Assembly (NCBI GenBank): GCA_021399345.1
Contig: JAAFKI010000030.1
Span: 1-28,408 of the forward strand
Origin: Candidatus Heimdallarchaeota archaeon
GTDB taxonomy: Archaea; Asgardarchaeota; Heimdallarchaeia; Heimdallarchaeales; Heimdallarchaeaceae
Direction: 5' to 3'
DNA: 28,408 nt
The position numbers and the translations under genes are program-made. Below the pieces are notes generated by a model. The model was not told the origin of the DNA and searched no databases. It worked only from the letters and a program-made list of their open reading frames with translations. This document shows, piece by piece, positions 1 through 8,986 of this stretch (within the stretch, counting starts at the first letter, position 1; every line of letters begins with the position of its first letter).

Positions 1-1
1 A

Positions 2-82
2 GTTGAAGAAGACACTACAGTTGAAGAAGACACTACAGTTGAAGAAGACACTACAGTTGAAGAAGACACTACAGTTGAAGAA
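2..82 (+). repeat. Perfect 18-bp tandem repeat GTTGAAGAAGACACTACA, 4 full copies plus a partial copy (may extend left of the window)
   Basis: Units at 2-19, 20-37, 38-55 and 56-73, then GTTGAAGAA at 74-82. Unit length is a multiple of 3 and there are no spacers. Confidence 0.95.
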
Positions 83-103
83 GGCACTGAGAAAGAGGAA
101 TAA
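2..103 (+). CDS. 3' end of a CDS entering from the left edge, with acidic repeat tail (VEEDTT)x4-VEEGTEKEE*
   Basis: Frame starting at 2 is open to TAA at 101-103; converges on ribA with a 6-bp gap. Confidence 0.75.
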   Translation, partial: VEEDTTVEEDTTVEEDTTVEEDTTVEEGTEKEE

Positions 104-109
104 TCTCCC

Positions 110-790
110 TCAGTCTGTTTCATCTTGACAAAAAAGTGGTTCTGACCCCATCAAATGACCATCTTCACTTTTTGTGGAAAGATACTTTACATTATAGACA
201 TTAGGTGTAATGGCAATAGGAATTCTATCAATGACTTCTATATTGCTTCCACATAGTTCTGCTACTTTTTTTGGATTATTAGTTAGAAGCTTAACACATT
301 TAACATGTAAAGCTTGTAGGATATCAACTGCTACAAGATATGAACGTTCATCTGCTTTAAAACCTAAGACTTCATTTGCTTCATTTGTATCATATCCGAT
401 CTCTTGAAGTGTATATGCTTTAAGTTTATTAAACAAACCAATCCCTCTTCCTTCTTGACGGAGATAGATTAGAATGCCATGTTTTTGTTGTGAAAGATAA
501 TTTAATGCAAATTCCAGCTGTTCTCTACAATCACATCGCAGTGATGTAAATGCATCACCTGTAAGACACTCTGAATGAATGCGTATTGGAACATCCTCCT
601 TTCCAACTGGATTTCCTTTAACGATTACAGCATGTTCCTTCATGTCTCTTAAACTTAAAAGACCTATAATTTCAAATTCTCCAAATTGAGTGGGTAATTT
701 GGCAATAGATCCAAAATGGATTAGTTCTGTGTCTTTAAGCTTTAGCTCTAATATTTTAGATCTGATTTTTTTCTCGATATCTTCGGGCAA
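110..790 (-). CDS. ribA: GTP cyclohydrolase II
   Basis: Motifs RIHSECLTGD, CDC (Zn ligands), YLRQEGRGIGL, LLTNNP and YLxTK; TTG start. Confidence 0.93.
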   Translation of the reverse strand: MPEDIEKKIRSKILELKLKDTELIHFGSIAKLPTQFGEFEIIGLLSLRDMKEHAVIVKGNPVGKEDVPIRIHSECLTGDAFTSLRCDCREQLEFALNYLSQQKHGILIYLRQEGRGIGLFNKLKAYTLQEIGYDTNEANEVLGFKADERSYLVAVDILQALHVKCVKLLTNNPKKVAELCGSNIEVIDRIPIAITPNVYNVKYLSTKSEDGHLMGSEPLFCQDETD

Positions 791-845
791 TCTAATTCCT
801 CACATTTTAGTACTATTTGAATTGCTTTTGAATGTTGATGTTTTA

Positions 846-1139
846 CTAGTAAATTATTTTAAAATAAGACAAATCTCCTTTAGCTTGTTCCCATTTAACT
901 TGTATATCGTAAACTTTAGCTGAAGGCGGACCTTGTTTAGCAAAAATAATTAGTCGATTCAGTCTCTCTTCAGTTCCTTCAGCAATTATTTCTACTGATC
1001 CATCCCTCATATTTCGTACTGTTCCTTTAAGCCCCAATTTCCCTGCTACATCTCTTGTTGTGGCTCTAAAAAAAACTCCTTGAACCATTCCTAATACTTT
1101 GATTTCTATTCTTTTTTCTTCTCCCATAATACACATCAA
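846..1139 (-). CDS. acyP: Acylphosphatase (true start probably ATG at 1136 or 1127)
   Basis: Signature motifs GxVQGVFFR and GxVRNxxDGSVE; GPP near the C-terminus; ~95 aa. Confidence 0.93.
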   Translation of the reverse strand: MMCIMGEEKRIEIKVLGMVQGVFFRATTRDVAGKLGLKGTVRNMRDGSVEIIAEGTEERLNRLIIFAKQGPPSAKVYDIQVKWEQAKGDLSYFKIIY

Positions 1140-1891
1140 CCAATCTTATTTAGTAAATTTTTAGTAAAATCTGGTAAGGTTTCCTCACAAGGCCCAAATA
1201 TAGAATAATCGCAATAATTCGAAATTGGCGTGGCTTCAATATTAAATTCTATGATCATAGAATTGTTTTGCTTTGCATAGATTGGTAAAGTGGATACCGG
1301 AGCAACAACACCAGAAGTTCCAATTACAAGCATCACATTTGATTGTGTCGTCCATTCAGTAGCCTTTTGCCATTTCTGGGAGTCTAAAGGTTCTCCAAAC
1401 CAAACAACATCTGGTCGAAGAAGATTAGTTTCACATTCTGGACATGATGGTAATTCCAGTTCTTTGTGTGCTTTTTTTTCATCATCCCATCTTTCTATGT
1501 AATCGCAACTTATGCATCTTGCATACCTGATTCTACCATGTATCTCTACAATATTTTTGGATCCCGCTATTTCATGTAAACCATCAACATTCTGAGTAAT
1601 AATTCCAATAGCAATTTTTTCTTCTTCTAATTCAGTGAGTGAATAATGGGCTGGATTTGGTTCAGATTCTAATAGGATTCTCATCCTTGCTCTATACCAC
1701 TCCCAAACAAGTTTTGGGTCTCTTGAAAACGCATAGGGTGTTGCTAACTCATCAGCTCTATAGTTGTTCCATAACCCATCTTCTCCTCTAAAAGTAGGCA
1801 TTCCTGAAGCTTTAGAGATCCCAGCACCAACTACAGAAACTATTGTTGGATTTAGATCAGCAACTTCATCTACCACTGAATTGATATTCAT
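1136..1891 (-). CDS. cobB: NAD-dependent protein deacylase, Sir2/CobB family (class III-like)
   Basis: GAGISxxSGxPTFRG, TQNVDGLH, catalytic HG, two CxxC pairs, RPDVVWFGE and GTSG; WYRAR matches the YxxR motif. Confidence 0.95.
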   Translation of the reverse strand: MNINSVVDEVADLNPTIVSVVGAGISKASGMPTFRGEDGLWNNYRADELATPYAFSRDPKLVWEWYRARMRILLESEPNPAHYSLTELEEEKIAIGIITQNVDGLHEIAGSKNIVEIHGRIRYARCISCDYIERWDDEKKAHKELELPSCPECETNLLRPDVVWFGEPLDSQKWQKATEWTTQSNVMLVIGTSGVVAPVSTLPIYAKQNNSMIIEFNIEATPISNYCDYSIFGPCEETLPDFTKNLLNKIG

Positions 1892-2002
1892 TATTGAAAT
1901 TAGGAACTACACAAATAAAAAAGTATAGGGAAAGTAGTTGCTTTGTAATGCTTCGTCGCACATTTCCTTATTATTAATCATCAAATTTGGTATTTGATAA
2001 GA

Positions 2003-3097
2003 TTATATGTTGAAACGTCTTTTCTTTCCAGTTACTTCTTGATATAGTTTATCAATGCTACTTGAATATTCAGGATAACGAGTGAAGGCAATTTTGAAAG
2101 CCATATCAATATCTGCTTCTTCCTTATTTGCAAATTGCTGCTTAGGATTTGTGGTTAAAGCATAATATTGGGAAATTATACTAGTGCCTGAATATCTTAT
2201 GATTTTTACAACTTCTCCTTCTAGACCTCGAATAGATGTATCTATAATATTTCTATGATCTTTACCTCCACCTTCAGCATCTTGTTGTAATTTCTGCAAT
2301 AACTGTTTGCTATATTCACTATCATCGCCGCCTTTAGCTTGTCCTGCTGTGAGATCGCAAACAACATTGTCTGGATAATCAGAAACTAAGTCAGCTGTTG
2401 CAAAGAGAACATCAAATTGATCTGGGGGGATATATTCTTTAGGAAATAATGAAACCAATAATTCTCTTCTGGGTTGAAAAGATTGTAATGATGATAAAAT
2501 TGGTTTAACCATTTCTTGATTACAAACAACAACTACTGGTTTTCCTATTAGAATAGCTTCAACCACCTTATCTTGACCTTTGTTAATCAGTCTCATAAAG
2601 AAATAAGGTGAAGTTTCTGATCTGATAATTTCTACGGTTTGAGCTGCTGCAGTCTCTTGTTTAGTCATAATTGAGGAAAGTTTAATGGACCAATCCCTTA
2701 TTCTTGTTTGAAGACCTTCATCTAGTTCAAAGCCTGGTTCATAGAGAATAAGACCAGCAAGTTGTTTCGCAATATTGGAACTATGATAGTTAAAAACTGG
2801 AACTTTGGTATAAAGCTGTGACTGTAATTCTTCTTGGATGATGTAAGTTAAACATGCCATAGTAATAGGTGATCTCTTACTTTTGCAGGGTATACCAAAG
2901 AAGAAGGAATAAGCAACTCCCCCAGTATCGTGAAGTGGCATAACTGCGCTCGCTTCTCTTAAAATATCAGTTCCTGCAGCCCCCGATAACATACGGATAG
3001 AAACTTTGTGAGAATCTTCTTCTGTTAGGTTATCGTGTTGTAAAACCTTCACTCCTACAGTATCATCAAATACACTAAAACAAATTTTTTGTTCCAT
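2003..3097 (-). CDS. Longin/uDENN + DENN-core protein, FLCN/SMCR8/NPRL2-like (eukaryotic signature protein)
   Basis: N-terminal ICFSVFDDTVG matches the uDENN beta1-F-x4-G pattern. VSIRMLS and AYSFFFGIPCKSKRSPITMACLTYI parallel the SMCR8/FLCN longin. AILIGKPVVVV resembles the cDENN strand motif. Recognised by eye. Confidence 0.7.
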   Translation of the reverse strand: MEQKICFSVFDDTVGVKVLQHDNLTEEDSHKVSIRMLSGAAGTDILREASAVMPLHDTGGVAYSFFFGIPCKSKRSPITMACLTYIIQEELQSQLYTKVPVFNYHSSNIAKQLAGLILYEPGFELDEGLQTRIRDWSIKLSSIMTKQETAAAQTVEIIRSETSPYFFMRLINKGQDKVVEAILIGKPVVVVCNQEMVKPILSSLQSFQPRRELLVSLFPKEYIPPDQFDVLFATADLVSDYPDNVVCDLTAGQAKGGDDSEYSKQLLQKLQQDAEGGGKDHRNIIDTSIRGLEGEVVKIIRYSGTSIISQYYALTTNPKQQFANKEEADIDMAFKIAFTRYPEYSSSIDKLYQEVTGKKRRFNI

Positions 3098-3232
3098 CTA
3101 AAAACACAACCTTATGCTTTCTCTTAAATGTTCTGTTGAGGGAAATAGAGCAACTCTAAAGATATCTAGACTTCTTGAGTAATGACAAGCGTATAGTTTT
3201 TAAATTGTTAATGATACCTAATCTACCTATCC

Positions 3233-3238
3233 GGTGAT
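3233..3238 (+). promoter_or_regulatory. Shine-Dalgarno-like GGTGAT upstream of the GTG start at 3243
   Basis: GGTGA is the typical archaeal ribosome-binding site core, here 5 nt before the start. Confidence 0.55.
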
Positions 3239-3242
3239 ATGA

Positions 3243-3563
3243 GTGGTAGATAATGGAGAAACGATAGAATCTATAGTCGAAAGACTAGGTCGAACCAAAC
3301 GCCTTATCCTCATAGAACTTGCCAAAGAATCTGTTGGATATAAGAAGTTATCAAAGAAACTTCGAATTGGTCTGGATACGATCAGATCCCACATCAAAAC
3401 TGGTAAGCATTCGAATTCCCTCACTCAATTAGGATTGATTCAACAAGAGGAAAGGGGTTGGTCAATTACCGAATCAGGCGAAAAAATATTGGAGATTTTG
3501 AAAAAAGATCCTGAATATTCTCCATTTTTCTTTGTGAACTCCACAATAGAAAATGAGGATTAG
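3243..3563 (+). CDS. Small winged helix-turn-helix DNA-binding protein, probable transcription regulator
   Basis: YKKLSKKLRIGLDTIRSHI is HTH-like; LxxLGLI...WSITESG is a typical wHTH wing; divergent from the DENN gene. Confidence 0.75.
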   Translation: MVDNGETIESIVERLGRTKRLILIELAKESVGYKKLSKKLRIGLDTIRSHIKTGKHSNSLTQLGLIQQEERGWSITESGEKILEILKKDPEYSPFFFVNSTIENED

Positions 3564-3566
3564 GAT

Positions 3567-3597
3567 GAAGAATCAAAATTCTCTTCTTTTTTCTTTT
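3567..3597. terminator. Short hairpin plus T-tract between the convergent HTH gene and lysS
   Basis: GAAGAATcaaaATTCTCTTC followed by TTTTTTCTTTT. Confidence 0.45.
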
Positions 3598-3601
3598 AAA
3601 G

Positions 3602-5236
3602 TTAAAAACAATCTAGGGCTTCCTTAACTAGTCTGGAGACCTCAGTCTTTCCCAAAACATCAATGAGTGTTCCTGCTCTAGGTCCTGATTTTTGTGCTAA
3701 CACTATTTGATATATTGATCTAAAGAAATTACCTGGTTTAATTTCCTTTTCCTTAGCTATCTCATAAAGATACTGAGTAATAGAATCTCCTTGATAATTC
3801 TCAGGAAGGTTTTGTAGAGCTATGTATAATTCTTTAATGACTGGTAAATCTAATGATTTCACAATATCACATTTTGGATTTTCAACTACACTGAATTTGA
3901 AGTTATTACTAGCGTAATTTTCTATCCAAAATTTTGCTCTTTGGATTCTATTTCTTAACAGCTGCAAATCTCTATTACTAATATTGAAAGGAATTATCTC
4001 TTTGGCTTTAAGAGTTTCAATAACCTGTTCTTCATCAAACAAATAAACTTGTAAGTATGTAACAAGCTGTCCATAATCCACCCTGATTGGCTTTTTTTCA
4101 GAAGGTTCTGCCATAAGAGCAAGTCCATAAGCTTTAACAGTTTTTTCCTTGGTTTTTTTATGTTCGATGTCCCTCTCTTGATAGTACAGTTCTTCCGCAA
4201 CATCATAGTCTGAAGCTACTCCCGGCACATCCATTTCAACTTTAAAATCAGTGTCTGTTCTAAGATTAGTTCTATATATTTTGTAAAGAAATACAGATGG
4301 ATCTAGTATGCTTGGAAATTTTGATACAGGCAAACCACTGCCTGTGCTCCCACTTAATTTCTTACCACCAAAGGTTAGAAAACCATGAGTAATTAACATG
4401 GGTAATTCGCTTTTTTCAAATATTCTCTCGTGAATTGCCAAAGATGAATCTATAGACCCCCCTGATACACCATGATCTTTACCTGAAGATTCAACAGTGA
4501 CTCCTAAGAAATCTTGTCTTGCAGCCCAGTCGAGTCGCCATTTAATTTTCCAGATTGTTTCTCCTAAAATTAAGGAGGACTTCTGTCCACATCCTCGTCT
4601 TTCTTTCTGGCAAAAGATTTCTACCTTGATTTTATCATCTATAAATTTATAATCAATGAGTTTTGGAGCAGATAGATTATTGCATTCAGGACATTGTATT
4701 AGAAAGAAATCTTCCATTTTTGAGCCGGTTATTTCTTCCGTTAATTCGTACATTTCTTCACTTTTCTCAAGAAACAATTTTGCATATTTGTCATATTTTC
4801 CTTCTTCATATAGTTTCGATGTAAGAATTGGATCAGGATTGACATCAAAATCATTCATTATAGCTAAAGCATCAGCGATGAAATGCTCTGCGTATGAATC
4901 ATGACAACCTAAAGGATCTGGTACTTCACAGATTGCATGTCCTAGATAGGGCTTCAGCAACTTACCATACTCTTTGAAGAATGCAGGTATTTTTTCAAAA
5001 GGATCCACATCATCTATATTGAGTAAATAATATGAATCTGCTCCTAAACTGATTAATTCTCTATGAATGGCTCTGCAAGTAACTGCTTCTTTGAAGTTTC
5101 CAATATGATAAAAACCAGATGGTGCCCATCCGGTAGCAACTACTTGTTTTTTTCCAAAAATCTCAATAGCCTCATTACTAACTACAGTAGCCCAGTGTTC
5201 ATATGATCTTTCTTCTGCTTCTTCTTGATGTGTCAT
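3602..5236 (-). CDS. lysS: Lysyl-tRNA synthetase, class I
   Basis: GWAPSGFYHIGN (HIGH motif), DDVDP, PDPxGCHxSYAEHF, KxxWRxDW, GKDH, KLSGSTG (KMSKS equivalent) and C-terminal GPR anticodon-binding domain. Confidence 0.95.
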   Translation of the reverse strand: MTHQEEAEERSYEHWATVVSNEAIEIFGKKQVVATGWAPSGFYHIGNFKEAVTCRAIHRELISLGADSYYLLNIDDVDPFEKIPAFFKEYGKLLKPYLGHAICEVPDPLGCHDSYAEHFIADALAIMNDFDVNPDPILTSKLYEEGKYDKYAKLFLEKSEEMYELTEEITGSKMEDFFLIQCPECNNLSAPKLIDYKFIDDKIKVEIFCQKERRGCGQKSSLILGETIWKIKWRLDWAARQDFLGVTVESSGKDHGVSGGSIDSSLAIHERIFEKSELPMLITHGFLTFGGKKLSGSTGSGLPVSKFPSILDPSVFLYKIYRTNLRTDTDFKVEMDVPGVASDYDVAEELYYQERDIEHKKTKEKTVKAYGLALMAEPSEKKPIRVDYGQLVTYLQVYLFDEEQVIETLKAKEIIPFNISNRDLQLLRNRIQRAKFWIENYASNNFKFSVVENPKCDIVKSLDLPVIKELYIALQNLPENYQGDSITQYLYEIAKEKEIKPGNFFRSIYQIVLAQKSGPRAGTLIDVLGKTEVSRLVKEALDCF

Positions 5237-5291
5237 GATTAAATCAACATCCCATTACCTAACTTAAAAATTATGGTTTCTGTTAATATAT

Positions 5292-6647
5292 CTAAGTAAC
5301 TTGTGAGTAAAGATCAAGAATCTTCGATTTCCATGCCTCATAACTTTCTGGCGTTGTGGGGTATGTTTCGCAGTGTTTAGCGATTGCTTTGCTTGTGCTT
5401 ATTGCTTTTCTCATCATCAACAGGAGTCCATATTTAGGAAAACATCTAACCACTCGACCTAAATAGTCCATGAATGATCTTTTTTTCATAATTCCTGCGG
5501 ATGTTAAATCTGATTGTTTAACCACTTTTCTTTTAAGTAGAAATTCTAGTTTTTCTGGACCTATTTTTTCTAAGACTATTGTTAGGATTCTATTTCTAGC
5601 ATGATCTGAACCAAATTCTTTCACGATTAAAAGATTATATTCCCATAGGTCTTTCAATTCAAATGAGTTCTGTTCAAGAGCATTACATGCCACTTCTCCT
5701 GCAAAGCTTCCTGCCATTAATGCAGGACCATGACCTTCAGCTGTTAGTGGGTCAGCATGAAAAGCTGCATCTCCTGCAACAATTAAACCATTACCTACCG
5801 CATTCCATAAAGGAGCCCTAATTGGTACTACATCTCCTCTCCCATCAATTGTTTTGTAAGTTCCTTTAGGGAAATATTTCTCTAAAGCGTTAAAATATAC
5901 TGACTTAACACTTTTGGTGGCGTGTTTTCCTTGTTTGATAAATCCTGTTCCACAATTCAAACGCTTTTTTCCTTCATCAAAGAACCAGATATATCCTGGT
6001 TCTGGTATATCTATTTCATATTGTAAAACTATTTTACCTTTTAAATCATGGTCGTGATTTAACTGTATTATTTCGCGATAACAAGGGGCAAAATCTGCTT
6101 TGGTAACCTTTTTGTTCAATTTTGGTTCATATTCTTGTGGTAAACCTGTTCTTACCACTGCCATAGTTCCACTGCAGTCAATTACCATTTTAGACAAAAT
6201 TTCTATGCTGTTATGTTCTGAATCTTTAATCAAAACTCCAGATACTTTGTTATCAATCACAAGTGGTTTTTTTACTCTGCATTGATCTTTTAAAATTACT
6301 CCAGATTTTATTGTTTCTTGAAGTAATCTTTGTCCGAACTTATGGCGATCAATCAAATAGCCTATTGCTGGAAAAGTAATATGGTTTTTGGGTAAAGCAG
6401 TTCTAAGAATTAAATCCTCAATTTGTGCTTTAATTTCTTCTTCTAGTGGGGGAGCAATAGAGAGTTTTTCCATAGCCTTAAGTACTGTTTTTTTTGAGAT
6501 AGCTTCGCCACACACTTTGTCTCCAATCTTCTCCCTTTTCTTCTTATCAAGAAGTAAAACATTATATCCCCTCTTTCGACAAATTAATGATGCAGCTACA
6601 CCTGCAGGACCTGCTCCAACAACTATTACTTCGTAAGAATCTTTCAT
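5292..6647 (-). CDS. Geranylgeranyl reductase family flavoprotein (digeranylgeranylglycerophospholipid reductase-like)
   Basis: FAD-binding VIVVGAGPAG, K-x-CGE, PGYIWFF (PxxYxWxF), and GDAA...PLTAEG. Confidence 0.85.
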   Translation of the reverse strand: MKDSYEVIVVGAGPAGVAASLICRKRGYNVLLLDKKKREKIGDKVCGEAISKKTVLKAMEKLSIAPPLEEEIKAQIEDLILRTALPKNHITFPAIGYLIDRHKFGQRLLQETIKSGVILKDQCRVKKPLVIDNKVSGVLIKDSEHNSIEILSKMVIDCSGTMAVVRTGLPQEYEPKLNKKVTKADFAPCYREIIQLNHDHDLKGKIVLQYEIDIPEPGYIWFFDEGKKRLNCGTGFIKQGKHATKSVKSVYFNALEKYFPKGTYKTIDGRGDVVPIRAPLWNAVGNGLIVAGDAAFHADPLTAEGHGPALMAGSFAGEVACNALEQNSFELKDLWEYNLLIVKEFGSDHARNRILTIVLEKIGPEKLEFLLKRKVVKQSDLTSAGIMKKRSFMDYLGRVVRCFPKYGLLLMMRKAISTSKAIAKHCETYPTTPESYEAWKSKILDLYSQVT

Positions 6648-6707
6648 TGATAGAACCCAATTCCCTATGTTGTAAATAAACTCTATATGACAAATAAATG
6701 AATAAAT

Positions 6708-8279
6708 CTAGATAGACTTGACAAGCTCTCTAGAGATTGATGATTCTTTGTCTAAAACTTCTTTTTCAGTTTTATCCCCAATGAAAACTTCGAACATCTC
6801 GAAAGTTGGTGGAGTGTCTCCTGCAACTTTCATTTCGACAGATGTAAATTTTCCAATAGGTGGAGGCTCTGTTATCCATGTTATAATCTTAGCTCCTGAA
6901 TCATCAATTTGTTCCATTATTTGTGAATTTTCTGGATCTCTTCCTACCACAGCATGGCTAACGGGGAATTTATCAGCTAGAGATATGATTTCATCAACAT
7001 CTCCTTTAATATTTTTAATCGTGTAATTAACAGTATACCCTATATCTCTTTCAGAGGATTTGATGAATTTAGCTATCTTGAAAATTGTTTTTCCTTCTTT
7101 ATCTTGAACGAGTTTCTTTCCTCTGAATAGGAATGGAAAATAATCAATTTTATAGGATTTATCTAAAGACTGATTAGCTGGAACATTCTTATGTTTCCAT
7201 CTTACAATAGTTCCCTTCAGTTTAACTTTTTCAATTACTGCATTTGGAGGAAGTGCTTCAGGATTTGTTTTTAAGACGTCAAATTCTGGAGGAATCTCAT
7301 CTATAATATGTAATTCCTGTAGCTGACGATTATGAATGTTAAGATATTTAATACTGGAAGAAAATTCTAAACCTGATAGAGAAATGTCTTCAAATGAATT
7401 AAGAACTGCAATTACTTCATTTTGAATTATCTCTAAAATTGTTCGATTTATTCTCTTAGATAATTTGTATTTGATTTCAACTTCTTGGTCTGGCTGAATT
7501 TCTGGAATCTCCCAAGTAATTTCCAAAACCTTTTCTTCTTTCTCTTTTGATGGTTCACTTTCTAGATCGACAATTTCCATATTATTTATAGCAAAACAAT
7601 AAGGTATCTCATCTATGACTTTAATTTCTGTGATAGCTTCTTTGTGATTATTTATCAGACTTGAAATCAGAGTTGCATCCTTAAGAGTTTCTCCAGCCCC
7701 TAATGAGTTTTCTTTTTCAGTGGTTTCAATTTCACCGCTTGCCAATTTATACTGTATTCGACTTTTTACTGTTTTTGGTATTTGATATTTATTATCTTCT
7801 ATTAACTTTTGAAGAAGTTCATCTCTGAAGTAATCATCTTCTGGAAGTTTTTTAATTGTAATTTCGTGCCCAATTATTTTGCTGTCTTCTACAGTATCAA
7901 AAGCTTTTTCGAAATTTTCAGTACTCACTTCTTTAGTTTCCGTAATTAGTTCTTCTAAATCTTCAGAAAATAGCTCATCTGATCTTAAAAGCCGTAAAAG
8001 TAAATTGTAATCACCAAGAATGCCTGTTTCTGATAAATATTCTTCGATCCATCGAGCTACTCTTGTTTCATGAGGTGCTAAAATAGTTGACCAGAATTCA
8101 TTTACGGTATTTACTATCTCTAGAAGATTCCTGCATTCTTTTTCATTTATCAAACCATGAGTATCATAAAACGAGACTATACCGCTCATAGAGGTACCAA
8201 AAACATTTGTATAAGGATCAATTTTAATAAAGTATCTAGTTGAACCCCAAATTGATTTTTGTTCAACCATTTTAATCAA
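6708..8279 (-). CDS. Hypothetical cytoplasmic protein with three C-terminal DUF11/TRAP-beta-like beta-sandwich repeats
   Basis: Three copies of (I/L)xD(E/K)(I/F)P ... W ...; no signal peptide or TM segment; start overlaps the upstream gene (8272-8279). Confidence 0.55.
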   Translation of the reverse strand: MIKMVEQKSIWGSTRYFIKIDPYTNVFGTSMSGIVSFYDTHGLINEKECRNLLEIVNTVNEFWSTILAPHETRVARWIEEYLSETGILGDYNLLLRLLRSDELFSEDLEELITETKEVSTENFEKAFDTVEDSKIIGHEITIKKLPEDDYFRDELLQKLIEDNKYQIPKTVKSRIQYKLASGEIETTEKENSLGAGETLKDATLISSLINNHKEAITEIKVIDEIPYCFAINNMEIVDLESEPSKEKEEKVLEITWEIPEIQPDQEVEIKYKLSKRINRTILEIIQNEVIAVLNSFEDISLSGLEFSSSIKYLNIHNRQLQELHIIDEIPPEFDVLKTNPEALPPNAVIEKVKLKGTIVRWKHKNVPANQSLDKSYKIDYFPFLFRGKKLVQDKEGKTIFKIAKFIKSSERDIGYTVNYTIKNIKGDVDEIISLADKFPVSHAVVGRDPENSQIMEQIDDSGAKIITWITEPPPIGKFTSVEMKVAGDTPPTFEMFEVFIGDKTEKEVLDKESSISRELVKSI

Positions 8280-8898
8280 CCCTCACTGTTTCTTGAATAG
8301 AAATAACTTCATATTCAACAAGCTTTTCAGTAGAAATTTCGAGCTTCTCAGTTTTTCCGCTCTTGTGATTTAGTATTGCTACAGAGAAAGTTCCTTCAGG
8401 CAAAAAATTATGTACATATCTCCTTACTAGTGAGACATTTTCAAACATTGTACTAGGACTAGCTGGTATTTGATCTAAGTCCCCAAAAATATCCATTTTG
8501 TGAATACTTATGATTTCTCTATTGCTTTTTGTCTCACTCCTTCTTTCAAATATTGTTCTAACAGTATCTAGATGGAAACCTGAAAGTTTCTTACTTATTG
8601 ACTCTTTAAAAACTTCTTCTGCTTTCTCAAGATCTTCCAGCAAAAGATATCTACTTATTAGCTTACTATATGCATAGGATTGATTATCTTGATCGTCAAG
8701 ATTTTCCATTGTTTCTGCAACGAAGTGCCATAAGATAACAGATTCAATAAACTGGTCGTTTTCTTCTAGCTTTTTAATCCCTTTTTCAATGAATTTCAGA
8801 AAGTCATCAGGAGATTTGTTAGCTAGTAGGTCTTTTCCTTCTCTAATCATTTTTTGTACATCATCATCTGCACTCAATATAGACCACTTTCCAGTCAA
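8272..8898 (-). CDS. Hypothetical protein with a TPR-like helical N-terminal half
   Basis: Amphipathic helical hairpins (AYSKLISRYLLLEDLEKAEEVF); TTG start; translationally coupled to the 523-aa gene. Confidence 0.55.
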   Translation of the reverse strand: MTGKWSILSADDDVQKMIREGKDLLANKSPDDFLKFIEKGIKKLEENDQFIESVILWHFVAETMENLDDQDNQSYAYSKLISRYLLLEDLEKAEEVFKESISKKLSGFHLDTVRTIFERRSETKSNREIISIHKMDIFGDLDQIPASPSTMFENVSLVRRYVHNFLPEGTFSVAILNHKSGKTEKLEISTEKLVEYEVISIQETVRVD

Positions 8899-8986
8899 AC
8901 AATTTACAATTGTATATTTTGAGAACTTCTTATTTAAACTATATCCTAGTATTCAGTCAAATTTCATACAAAATTATATTGAAAAA

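Noticed and set aside
1-82. Possible CRISPR array (repeat begins GTTGAA)
   Set aside because: Units are head-to-tail with no spacers, only 18 bp long, and translate in frame to VEEDTT.
1925-1998. Possible structured RNA or second C/D sRNA between the DENN gene and cobB (AGGGAAA/TTTCCTT pairing, ATCAAAT/ATTTGAT hairpin, TGATGA on the minus strand)
   Set aside because: Stems are short and AT-rich, and there is no CTGA box D at a suitable distance; more likely terminator/promoter sequence.
4340-4365. Non-canonical KLSGS in place of KMSKS in LysRS
   Set aside because: Class I LysRS enzymes vary at this motif and the rest of the enzyme looks intact; not evidence of altered function.
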